Sequence record: SRR31156797_961
Length of the DNA: 64,000 bases
Direction: 5' to 3' (one strand)
Part shown: positions 48,186 to 57,393 of the stretch, piece after piece
Numbering within the stretch: the stretch's first letter is position 1
Layout of the letters: every line of letters begins with the position of its first letter
Position numbers and translations under genes: made by a program
The notes under the pieces: model-generated
Database searches by the model: none
The model's input: only the letters and a program-made list of their open reading frames with translations
What the model was told of the DNA's origin: nothing

Positions 48186-48967
48186 AAGCGCCATCAACAG
48201 ACCATACAACTGAGGGATCAATAGGATCGAATATCAACAAACCGGTTATTGAGATATCTAAACTGAAGAAATCATTTGGGAACCTGGAGATTCTGAAGGA
48301 TGTCTCGCTAAAGCTGAATGCCGGTGAAAACCTGGTTGTTCTTGGCAAATCCGGAACCGGTAAATCGGTATTAATTAAATGTATAGTTGGGTTATTGATT
48401 TCTGACAGCGGCACAATTAAAGTATTTGATGAAGATGTAACCACCATAAACAATATAGAGATGGCAATGCTAAGGCAAAAAATCGGCTTTCTGTTTCAAT
48501 GCGGCGCATTGTATGATTCGATGACCGTAGGGCAAAACCTTGAATTTCCGTTAAAACGCTTAAAAAAACACCTCTCTAAAAAAGAGCGGGACGAAAAAAT
48601 CATGGAAGCACTTGAGAATGTCGGACTTGAGGATTCCATTTACAAAATGCCTTCCGAACTCTCCGGTGGCATGCGTAAGCGGATCAGCCTGGCACGCACT
48701 ATGGTCGTTGATCCAATGATCATGCTTTATGACGAACCTACCACAGGCCTTGATCCTGTGACCTCCGATGAGATCAGTGAGCTGATTCTTGAGGTTCAGC
48801 AGAAATATAAAACATCGTCAATGATCATTACACATGATATCCGATGCGCCCTGACCACAGCAAACCGCATCGTTATGCTGCACGAGGGAGGTGTTTATCA
48901 GGATGGAAAGCCGGAAGAATTTACAAACTCAGATGATCCGCTGATTCATGCATTTTTTAGGCGTTAA
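48182..48967 (+). CDS. mlaF: MlaF family ABC ATPase
   Basis: GKSGTGKS, PSELSGGMRKR, YDEPTTGLDP, ITHD. Confidence 0.9.
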   Translation: MKAPSTDHTTEGSIGSNINKPVIEISKLKKSFGNLEILKDVSLKLNAGENLVVLGKSGTGKSVLIKCIVGLLISDSGTIKVFDEDVTTINNIEMAMLRQKIGFLFQCGALYDSMTVGQNLEFPLKRLKKHLSKKERDEKIMEALENVGLEDSIYKMPSELSGGMRKRISLARTMVVDPMIMLYDEPTTGLDPVTSDEISELILEVQQKYKTSSMIITHDIRCALTTANRIVMLHEGGVYQDGKPEEFTNSDDPLIHAFFRR

Positions 48968-49006
48968 CAGGATAACCAAAGGAAATAATTCATTCATAGC
49001 TATATT

Positions 49007-49948
49007 ATGAAAACACATTCACAAAATTTCAAAGTCCGGTTAGGGCTTTTTATCATTGGAGGCCTTGCACTTTTTGTGCTGGCCATCTTCATCATCGGGA
49101 AACAGCAAAATCTTTTCAACCCGGTTTTCAAACTTACTACCACATTTTACAATGTTAGTGGTTTGCAGGTAGGCAACAACATCCGCTTTTCGGGTATTAA
49201 TGTTGGCACAGTTACCAATATCAGAATAATCAACGATTCTACGGTAAAGGTGGAAATGATACTGAGAAAAGAGATAAAACAGTTTATCAAGTCCGACTCA
49301 AAGGTAGCAATAGGCTCTGAAGGTCTTATTGGCGACCGTCTTTTAATCATTACGCAGGGTAGTTTGGTCTCCTCTGAGGTAATTGAAGGTCAGGTGCTTA
49401 AATCGGCTGAGCCTGTTGAAATGGACGACATTATCGTAAGTTTGAGAGTGACAGCCGAAAATGTGGAAGTTATCACTGCTGAGCTTGCACAAGCCATACT
49501 GACCATTAACCGGGGTGAAGGGACACTTGGGAAGCTGATCCAGGATTCGACCATCGCCAACAATATTGACCAGGCTATTGCAAACCTGAAAAAAAGTTCC
49601 GAAGGGATAGATGAAACCATCGAAGTGACCAAAGAAAATGTATTTGCATTTATGGAAAGCCTTAAAGCCTCAGCCGCCAAAACCGAGATTGCTTCGCAGC
49701 AACTTGGCGAAATAATGACACAAATCAACAGCGGTGAGGGTACAATCGGAAGGCTGATCCAGGATACAACAATGGCTTATAACCTGAATGAGACTTTAAT
49801 AAACCTTAACTCCAGTTCAAAAGCGCTGGATGAAAGCATTGAAGGACTTAAGCACACCTTTCCTCTCAAGAGATACTTCAGGAAGAAAGCGGAAAAGGCT
49901 GTAAAGGATAGCATACAAAAAGAGAAGGAAGCAATAAAAGTGAAGTGA
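49007..49948 (+). CDS. mlaD: MlaD/MCE family protein with a long, internally repeated helical C-terminus
   Basis: TM anchor; VSGLQVGNNIRFSGINVGTV and SEGLIGD motifs; repeated IN.GEGT(L/I)G(K/R)LIQD. Confidence 0.88.
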   Translation: MKTHSQNFKVRLGLFIIGGLALFVLAIFIIGKQQNLFNPVFKLTTTFYNVSGLQVGNNIRFSGINVGTVTNIRIINDSTVKVEMILRKEIKQFIKSDSKVAIGSEGLIGDRLLIITQGSLVSSEVIEGQVLKSAEPVEMDDIIVSLRVTAENVEVITAELAQAILTINRGEGTLGKLIQDSTIANNIDQAIANLKKSSEGIDETIEVTKENVFAFMESLKASAAKTEIASQQLGEIMTQINSGEGTIGRLIQDTTMAYNLNETLINLNSSSKALDESIEGLKHTFPLKRYFRKKAEKAVKDSIQKEKEAIKVK

Positions 49949-50077
49949 TGAAATGGCAGAGGTATGCATGCCCCGGATTTTAAGAGTAAAACGCCCCCAA
50001 TCCCCCGAAAGATTGAAAATTGTCTGCGACCCTGGAATGCCTAAAGGACTTCGAAACGTTAAATATGGAAATCAATA

Positions 50078-51907
50078 ATGTGGAAAATAGTAACATCCAT
50101 ATTGACCTTTGTTTTGATTTTAGCAGGTTATCCCCTCTTAGCCCAATCTGAGGTTTCCAAAAGTGATTCCACGAAATTGTACGCTGACATCCAAAGCTAT
50201 GCCGAGAGAAGGAAGTTCACCAACATGTTGTACCGGTTGGTTTTTAGGCCGTCTTTGGATGATTCGGCAAAATCCGGGCAAAAAAGCAGACCGCCTCAGA
50301 AGTCGTACCTGGCATTTGAAGGGAAAATCATCAGGAGCATAGAGGTGGAGACACTGGATCCGTTCGGCTATTCAATCGGCGATACAATTGTATCGTCACC
50401 AAATTTTTTCACCAAAGCAGGCAACAGGCTGCACGTAACCACCCACCCTTTTATCATTAAAAACATGTTACTGATCAGGGAAAATCAGGTTTTCGACTCG
50501 CTGCTTGTAAAAGAGTCGGAAAGATTGGTTCGTGCCAATAAATTTGTCACTGATGTTTCGTTCTACATTGAAATTAGTTCGCCGGGCTCCGATTCAATCG
50601 ACATTTTCATCAGGGAGTTGGATGCGTGGAGCATTATTCCAGAAGGTTCAATTTCGGGCCCGCGCACCAGGTTTCAGCTTACAGACCAGAATTTTGTAGG
50701 AATGGGGCACAAATTTGAGATTGGATCTGCCCTGAACTCATCCAACGGAAGAACCGCCTTCAATACCGGGTACTATATTCCAAATTTCAGAAATACATAC
50801 ATCACTTCTTCATTGGTGTACACCCGTGACGAACAGAATAATTATGATTTCATCCTCTCTGTTGACCGCCCGTTTTTTTCACCTTTAGCCAAATGGGGAG
50901 CAGGGGCGTTGTTGATGAAACATTTTCGCCGGGATTATTATCCCCAATATGATACGCTCGGCGGGTTGCAAAACAATAAATTCATACTTTCGGATTACTG
51001 GGTGGGAAAGGCAACGCGTATTTTTAAAGGGAATTCAGAGATCAACCGTACAACCAACCTCATTTCCACAGCACGGTTCATGCGTATCCGTTTCATCGAA
51101 AAGCCCGTGGAATCCGACTCCTTAAAACCATCGTTTGCGGATGAGGAGTTGTACATGGCAGGGCTCTCCATTTCTTCCAGACAATTTGTTCAGGATAGGT
51201 ATATTTTTAATTTTGGATTGACTGAGGATGTTCCGGTTGGAAAGGTGTTTGGCATTACCGGAGGATACCAGGCAAGGGGCGACATCAGCCGTTTGTATTT
51301 TGGCACGCGGTTATCATTTGGCAACTATTATCCATGGGGCTACCTTGTTTCCAATCTCGCGTTTGGGTCTTTCGTTCGTGGCGGTAAACTTGAACAAGGT
51401 GTATTTTCCTTAAGCCTCAATTATTTTTCAGGGTTGATTCACATTGGTAAATGGAGATTCAGGCAGTTTGTCAAACCGGGGCTCACTTTCGGCGTTAACA
51501 GGTTTGGTCTCGATTATTTAACGCTCAACGATGATTATGGTTTGCCCGGCTTTAACAGTACCGGACTGTCAGGCACTCACCGGTTGCTGTTGACTTTGCA
51601 AACCCAGTCATATGCACCATGGAACCTGATCGGGTTTCGCTTCGGTCCATTCATTGCCATTTCGGCCGGGATGCTGGGCAACAATACCAAAGGCTTCAGT
51701 AAAAGCAAACTATACACTGAAATAGGATTTGGGGTACTCATCAAAAATGTCCATCTGGTTATCAATACTTTCCAGCTCTCCATTGCATTTTATCCTTCCA
51801 TCCCCGGAGTTGGACAGGACATATTCAAAACCAACTCTTTCAAATCCACCGATTTTGGATTTCCTGATTTTGTTGTTGGAAAGCCGGAAATCATCGAATT
51901 CCGATGA
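50078..51907 (+). CDS. Omp85/TamA-like outer-membrane protein (POTRA-like + beta-barrel)
   Basis: Signal peptide; GKIIRSI...T...II.N.LL...ESERL.R POTRA-like segment, D.NF.G.GH barrel start, beta-strand-rich C-terminus. Confidence 0.7.
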   Translation: MWKIVTSILTFVLILAGYPLLAQSEVSKSDSTKLYADIQSYAERRKFTNMLYRLVFRPSLDDSAKSGQKSRPPQKSYLAFEGKIIRSIEVETLDPFGYSIGDTIVSSPNFFTKAGNRLHVTTHPFIIKNMLLIRENQVFDSLLVKESERLVRANKFVTDVSFYIEISSPGSDSIDIFIRELDAWSIIPEGSISGPRTRFQLTDQNFVGMGHKFEIGSALNSSNGRTAFNTGYYIPNFRNTYITSSLVYTRDEQNNYDFILSVDRPFFSPLAKWGAGALLMKHFRRDYYPQYDTLGGLQNNKFILSDYWVGKATRIFKGNSEINRTTNLISTARFMRIRFIEKPVESDSLKPSFADEELYMAGLSISSRQFVQDRYIFNFGLTEDVPVGKVFGITGGYQARGDISRLYFGTRLSFGNYYPWGYLVSNLAFGSFVRGGKLEQGVFSLSLNYFSGLIHIGKWRFRQFVKPGLTFGVNRFGLDYLTLNDDYGLPGFNSTGLSGTHRLLLTLQTQSYAPWNLIGFRFGPFIAISAGMLGNNTKGFSKSKLYTEIGFGVLIKNVHLVINTFQLSIAFYPSIPGVGQDIFKTNSFKSTDFGFPDFVVGKPEIIEFR

Positions 51908-52059
51908 GGTTTCTGCACATGAGGCAATGCCGGAAAAACTTCCACATTTTCCCCGGATTCGGCAGGCTGTGGCAAAACATAAAAACGCCTGCGAATTTAA
52001 GGATTAAGAATTAATGGTAAATTTGTTAAATTGAAAAAGTAAAAATTACAGACCTGAAC

Positions 52060-53346
52060 ATGGAACAGGATAACGCAACGAAATATATAGGAAAGTTTTG
52101 GTTGCCCCTCGATAATGCTGCAAAAATTTTTCCTGCCATCATTTCAGAAGAAGCAACTGCAGTTTTCAGGTTAACGGCTGTTTTAACAGGACCTGTAAAA
52201 ATAAAGCATCTGCAAAAATCGCTGTTGATGGCAGAGGAACGTTATCCCTATTTCCTGGTGCAGCTCAAAGAAGGGTTTTTCTGGTACTACCTGGAGCATC
52301 ATTCTCAACATATTCCCATACTTCATGACGTCATTCCGCCTTGCAGAAAATTTGAGAGAGGCGGTCTTTTGATAAGGTTTTTAATTAAAGGCTGCAGCAT
52401 TAGTGCCGAATTTTCCCACATTTTAACCGATGGCGCCGGGGCACTTAAATTTTTTAGGAACGTCCTGTTACTGTATTTCCTTGAATGTGGTATTGAACTT
52501 CCGGCTGACTGCCGCGCTGAACTTATGAGTAATGATCTGTCACAGGAAGCGTATGAAGATGCCTACAAACGCTACTTTAAATCGGAAATTCCTCCTATGG
52601 TTAAAAAGTCGAAAGCCTACCACCTTCCTTACATTGCCCGGACAGTCCCAAAATATTCACGGATGATCGCAAGCCTGCCCATAAAAAATATCAGTGCGGC
52701 GGCAAAACGCAATGGCGTGAGCATCACCGTTTACCTTGTATCGGTGTATCTTTTTATCCTGCAGCAGATTTTTGAAAACCTGAACAAACGCAACAAGTAT
52801 AAAAGAAAGAAATATATTCGTGTTCAGGTCCCGCTTAACCTGCGCAACATTTTTCCATCGCATACTATGCGAAATTTTTCTTTGTTCGTGATGCCTGGAA
52901 TCGACCTGCGGCTTGGACATTACGACTTTGAGGAAATTATTAAAACAGTTTATCATCAGGTTAAATTGGAAACCGATAAAAAGCTCATCAACAAAAATAT
53001 TTCAAGAAATGTTGGCAGCGAAAAAAAACTCTATGTACGTGGAATACCGCTGTTCCTTAAAAGCCTGATTTTGCGGTTGAAATATATTTCGTTGGGCATG
53101 AGCCAGTATAGCGGTGTAATCACCAACCTGGGAAAAATTGAATTGCCTCCTGAAGGCAGCCGTCTGATCGGCCATTTTGTGGTAACTCCGCCTCCACCGG
53201 GCAAAATTTTGAAGATAAATTGCGGGGTGGTGGGATTTGGCGATAAAATGGTGTTGAGTTTTGGCAATGTTACCCAATCGCAGGAATTCGAAAACCTGTT
53301 TTTTGATTTTTTGCAGAGCCAGGAAATTCCGGTAGAATTATTATGA
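52060..53346 (+). CDS. Alcohol acetyltransferase / condensation-domain acyltransferase
   Basis: W.PLDNAAKIFP, HILTDG (HxxxDG), PLNLR..FPS.TMRNF and TNLG motifs. Confidence 0.8.
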   Translation: MEQDNATKYIGKFWLPLDNAAKIFPAIISEEATAVFRLTAVLTGPVKIKHLQKSLLMAEERYPYFLVQLKEGFFWYYLEHHSQHIPILHDVIPPCRKFERGGLLIRFLIKGCSISAEFSHILTDGAGALKFFRNVLLLYFLECGIELPADCRAELMSNDLSQEAYEDAYKRYFKSEIPPMVKKSKAYHLPYIARTVPKYSRMIASLPIKNISAAAKRNGVSITVYLVSVYLFILQQIFENLNKRNKYKRKKYIRVQVPLNLRNIFPSHTMRNFSLFVMPGIDLRLGHYDFEEIIKTVYHQVKLETDKKLINKNISRNVGSEKKLYVRGIPLFLKSLILRLKYISLGMSQYSGVITNLGKIELPPEGSRLIGHFVVTPPPPGKILKINCGVVGFGDKMVLSFGNVTQSQEFENLFFDFLQSQEIPVELL

Positions 53347-54092
53347 ATAACAATAACCATAAAAATATGATACAATGCCCAAATTGTGGTGTGGTGCTTG
53401 ACGAAAACTGCAATTTTTGTTCGCTTTGCGGCGTGCCGCTATTGGAACAGCAAACCGACAACAGTGCATTCGTCCAGGCATTAGAAATACGTCAACAGGA
53501 AAAACTAATGTCGGATTTTAATACTTTAAGCAGTTTTCAGAAAAGAAAAATCTTTTGGAAAATTTCGGGGCTAATTTTTATTTGTGCTTTGGTTATTAAC
53601 CTGATTATCGATTTTGTGGTGAATCAAAACATTACCTGGTCAAAATATCCGGTATCAATCATTGTGGTGCTGTTCATCAATTTTTCGTTGTACACTTTTT
53701 TGCAAAACAAAACCCTGCTAAAACTCATCCTTAGTTTTATTTCGGTAGCCGGCCTCCTGATGCTGTTCGATCTTTTTTTTAAACAATCAGGATGGGAATG
53801 GCAAATGGGCATTCCACTGTTGCTGGCAGCCTACATAACAATTTATGTTTTTGTTTTATTGGTAAAAAAAGCCAGGCAAAAAGGCATGAACATCATTGCT
53901 TATATTTTACTTTCGATGGGAATGTTGAGTGTTTATACCGAAAGCCTGATTGCCATATATCAAGGCGATCCGGAACCCTTTGGATGGAGTTTGATTGTTT
54001 TTGTTTCATCCTTGATTATATCCATCTTGCTGCTATATATACACTACAAATTAAAAAAGGCCACAGACCTGAAACGTTTTTTTCATATCTGA
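53343..54092 (+). CDS. Zinc-ribbon membrane protein (DUF6320-like)
   Basis: CPNC...CSLC, about 6 TM helices, C-terminal LKRFFHI; ATGA overlap with the acyltransferase. Confidence 0.7.
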   Translation: MNNNNHKNMIQCPNCGVVLDENCNFCSLCGVPLLEQQTDNSAFVQALEIRQQEKLMSDFNTLSSFQKRKIFWKISGLIFICALVINLIIDFVVNQNITWSKYPVSIIVVLFINFSLYTFLQNKTLLKLILSFISVAGLLMLFDLFFKQSGWEWQMGIPLLLAAYITIYVFVLLVKKARQKGMNIIAYILLSMGMLSVYTESLIAIYQGDPEPFGWSLIVFVSSLIISILLLYIHYKLKKATDLKRFFHI

Positions 54093-54331
54093 TCACAGCT
54101 TCCTGCTAAAAGATTGGGGAAGTCGCAAGGGTTCATGCCAAATCTTTAAAAAAAAGCAACACCAACAATCCATCTCTCAACAGGCAGAGGACACCCTTTA
54201 AATATTTGGTAATATCTCTCTGCAAAAAACGACAGGCAATAAACAGCAATAACCAAAATTTTTGCAAGATCCTGTTTATGCTTGAAGTGACCGGATTTTA
54301 TAAACCCGGCCTTCCGTTATGCTACTGATAA

Positions 54332-54398
54332 TGTGTGAATGATGTAACTTATAATATTACTTATGTAATAGAAATCCCTTCCATTACCCGCACCTTTG
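54332..54398 (+). promoter_or_regulatory. Conserved 67-bp promoter/operator, copy 4 (OmpA gene)
   Basis: TGTGTGAATGATGTAA-N15-ATGTAA-N22-CACCTTTG. Confidence 0.8.
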
Positions 54399-54443
54399 TA
54401 CTTTAGAATAAATGTATTATTCATCAAATAAATAACGAAAACA

Positions 54444-55784
54444 ATGAAAAAATCAATTTTATTACTGACCATGTTTTTTGCAGTTACATTTATGGTGACT
54501 GCCCAAAACAAAACCCGGCCCTGGCTTGTTGGCGTAAGCACGAACTTCGCTGACTTCCATGCGGTTGAGTTGCCTTTGGGTGACCAACTGACGAATTCGA
54601 GCTGGATGGGAAATACCTTTGTTTCTCAATTGAAAGTTGGGAGGTTGTTAAGCAGAGAAATAGTCTTCAGCGCTGAAGTTTCGATGATCAACCTGGAAAC
54701 TGACAAGCTAAACGCATGGGGAAGCATCGAAAAACCAATTACGATGACCAACGACATGTGGAGATTCCAGGGGCAGTTCGAATATAAATTTGCCAATGGC
54801 TATCTGCTAAAGGAAGCGTCTATGTTTGATCCCTATGTGTTTCTTGGTGTAAACGGCACCCGGATTGACAAATCCACCTATATGGCACAATCAACCGGAA
54901 TTGGATTTAATATCTGGGTAACCGACTGGCTGGCCGTTAACGGTGAAGCATCATACGATTATGTGTTTGATTTTAACGATTATATGCATTATTCCTTTGG
55001 TATTGCTTCCCGGTTTGGTAAAAGTGCTGCAAAAGAGTCACCAATCGAAACAGATGCGAAACTTGTAGTATTGCCGCCAGATAAAGATGGTGACGGCGTT
55101 CCCGATCATCTCGACCGGTGTCCTGAAATCGCAGGGCTTTCGTGGTTCGATGGCTGTCCTGATGCCGATGGTGACGGTGTACCGGATCATCTTGATCAGT
55201 GCCCTGATGTTGCCGGCCTTGCATGGCTCAATGGTTGCCCTGATGCTGATGGAGACGGCATAGCGGATCATCTTGACGAATGTCCTGATGTAGCCGGAGT
55301 GGCCACCGCAAAAGGTTGCCCTGACGCGGATGGCGATGGTATTCCAGATGATGTTGATAAATGCCCTGACGAATTTGGTATTGCAGGTAACAACGGCTGT
55401 CCATTGCTGGATAGTACGAAAGTTAAGGAATTAGAAACCACCCTGCAAATTTTTGCTGATCATATTGAGTTCGCATTCGGAAAATATGTCATCAAACCGG
55501 TATCTTATGATAAACTGGACAAAATCATCGAAACCATGCAGGAATACCCCAATGCAAAGTTTGCAATAGAAGGCCATACCGATAATGTTGGCACAGATAA
55601 GGTAAACCAGACAATTTCAGAAAGCCGCGCCTATGCGGTCAGACAGTACTTTGTTGACAAAGGAATTAATCCCGACAGATTAACATTTAAGGGATATGGC
55701 GAATCACGTCCAAGAGACACGAATGATACCGTGTCAGGCAGAGCCAAAAACAGGCGCGTGGAAATCAGGCTCATTCAACAGTAA
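54444..55784 (+). CDS. OmpA family protein with thrombospondin type 3 (DxDGDG..D..D.CP) repeats
   Basis: N-terminal barrel, four DxDGDG(V/I).D..D.CP repeats, IEGHTD...S.SRA..V...NRRVEI peptidoglycan-binding domain. Confidence 0.92.
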   Translation: MKKSILLLTMFFAVTFMVTAQNKTRPWLVGVSTNFADFHAVELPLGDQLTNSSWMGNTFVSQLKVGRLLSREIVFSAEVSMINLETDKLNAWGSIEKPITMTNDMWRFQGQFEYKFANGYLLKEASMFDPYVFLGVNGTRIDKSTYMAQSTGIGFNIWVTDWLAVNGEASYDYVFDFNDYMHYSFGIASRFGKSAAKESPIETDAKLVVLPPDKDGDGVPDHLDRCPEIAGLSWFDGCPDADGDGVPDHLDQCPDVAGLAWLNGCPDADGDGIADHLDECPDVAGVATAKGCPDADGDGIPDDVDKCPDEFGIAGNNGCPLLDSTKVKELETTLQIFADHIEFAFGKYVIKPVSYDKLDKIIETMQEYPNAKFAIEGHTDNVGTDKVNQTISESRAYAVRQYFVDKGINPDRLTFKGYGESRPRDTNDTVSGRAKNRRVEIRLIQQ

Positions 55785-55837
55785 AATGAAATCACTAAGG
55801 ATAGCGCATCAGCATCAGGCTTTTCAATAATTACAAA

Positions 55838-55904
55838 TGTGTGAATTATGTAAATTTTTGAAGAACTTTTGTAAGACAATTTGAGGCTGGTGGGCTTTCC
55901 TTTG
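55838..55904 (+). promoter_or_regulatory. Conserved 67-bp promoter/operator, copy 5
   Basis: TGTGTGAATTATGTAA-N15-TTGTAA-N22-TTCCTTTG. Confidence 0.8.
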
Positions 55905-55937
55905 TAAAATAGTTTAATCATTGTAACAAAAGAAATC

Positions 55938-56093
55938 ATGTCACACGAAAAAGTATCAAAAGAAAAGTCAGGTAAAAAGGTAGCTGCCAAAAACCTGAAG
56001 GAAAAACGCGCTGCCAAAGCGGCAAAACGTGATGAAAAAAAATCCGGGTTCAAAATTGAACTCGCTGCTCCGGTATCAAAAACAAGAAAATAG
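55938..56093 (+). CDS. Small lysine-rich protein (51 aa)
   Basis: Not in the track. MSHEKVSKEKSGKKVAAKNLKEKRAAKAAKRDEKKSGFKIELAAPVSKTRK; A-rich leader; starts ~34 bp after promoter copy 5. Confidence 0.7.
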   Translation: MSHEKVSKEKSGKKVAAKNLKEKRAAKAAKRDEKKSGFKIELAAPVSKTRK

Positions 56094-56212
56094 CAGCGCA
56101 TGTTTTTTTTCAAATGTAGTACATTTCCATTGGCTTCGTATCTGACCGGCACAGCACAAAAAGCCGGGGCGTAAGCGAAAAGCAATAAGAATTAAAATTA
56201 ATTATATGAACA

Positions 56213-56614
56213 ATGAAAAATCTTAAAATCGCATTGCTGTTTTTTGCCATACTATTCATGGCCTCCTGCACAGATAAAGTAAAATTCCCGGTTTCAAATG
56301 TCACCCCTTCGGCTGATATAACGGCCAGTTTTGAGAAAGACAAAAACGGAAATTACGAGATTTCTATCACCGCAAAAAATCTGGCTTCGGCCGATCGATT
56401 GAATCCACCTCAAAAAGTGTATGTTGCCTGGATTGTCAAAGATAAAGGAGGAATATTAAACCTGGGTCAGCTAACGCATAATAATGCAAGCACAGTTTCT
56501 TTCGAAACCCTTACATCCCAGGAGTTTTCAGAGGTTTTTATAACTGCTGAGCAGAATGGGAATATTTCTTTTCCGGAAGGGGTGGAGATATCCAGGATAA
56601 AATTTAAAAAGTAA
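56213..56614 (+). CDS. Hypothetical lipoprotein
   Basis: Lipobox MASC; DKNGNY...YVAW...NLGQL...ITAE. Confidence 0.75.
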   Translation: MKNLKIALLFFAILFMASCTDKVKFPVSNVTPSADITASFEKDKNGNYEISITAKNLASADRLNPPQKVYVAWIVKDKGGILNLGQLTHNNASTVSFETLTSQEFSEVFITAEQNGNISFPEGVEISRIKFKK

Positions 56615-56834
56615 AATCATTTTGCCTGACCTGTTAATATGGTTAGCGGCAAAGTAAATTTCGGGGTTTACTACTGCCGGCGCTGTAAATGTTCGGTTCC
56701 CCTTTTATAACTCCCCTTATAATTCTCCCCCTGTCTCGGGTGAAAGATGAACTCCTTTCAGAGTTCATCTTACCCGGTCAGGAACAATTGGAAACACACC
56801 TCACAAAAAGTATCAAACGCTACAGAAAGTTAAT

Positions 56835-57185
56835 ATGGAACATACAGAACAGGAAAAATCGAAATCCTTCATTATTGTTGAGATCATTGAATACGTTCCA
56901 AATTCAGTGGTAATCAAAACGATAATCAAGAAAACAACAGGCAATGTAAGCGCGGTATCTTTTGATTCCGGTGAAACATTAACCGATAGAATGTCGCCTT
57001 TTGACAACTTCATTCAGATCATCGATGGAAGTGCTGAAATCATCATCGACCGGAAAAGCAGCAAGCTCAAAACCGGTCAATCCATCATCATACCGGCGCA
57101 TGCTTATAATACGATCATGGCAAAAGAACGTTTTAAGATGATTACAACCATCATAAAAAGCGGGTATGAAGAGGTGAGTGTATAA
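56835..57185 (+). CDS. Cupin domain protein
   Basis: SFDSGE.L....SPFD..IQIIDG.AE...GQSIIIPAH. Confidence 0.85.
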   Translation: MEHTEQEKSKSFIIVEIIEYVPNSVVIKTIIKKTTGNVSAVSFDSGETLTDRMSPFDNFIQIIDGSAEIIIDRKSSKLKTGQSIIIPAHAYNTIMAKERFKMITTIIKSGYEEVSV

Positions 57186-57347
57186 GAATGCTTTTAAATG
57201 TTATGCGCAGATTATTTCTCAGATAACTGGTCAACTGCTTCGTAGTCGTCAAGATTGCACAAATGTTTGATGATGATTGAACCGACGACAACTCGTGGGT
57301 TTATTGGTGGACGACCTGTTGGACTGACACCTACCTGCTTGAGGTTC

Positions 57348-57380
57348 ACTCATATGTTGACTCGAAGTCATCGTATGAGT
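57348..57380. repeat. REP-like palindrome, second copy
   Basis: ACTCATATGTTGACT-CGA-AGTCATCGTATGAGT; right arm identical to 12200..12214. Confidence 0.75.
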
Positions 57381-57393
57381 AACAAAAACCGGA

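Noticed and set aside
55080-55400. Nucleotide-level tandem repeats
   Set aside because: Explained by the thrombospondin type 3 repeats of the OmpA protein.
43602-55904. The five 67-bp elements as CRISPR repeats or IS ends
   Set aside because: They are dispersed, degenerate, always directly upstream of genes and end in a -7 box. There are no spacers, cas genes or transposase.
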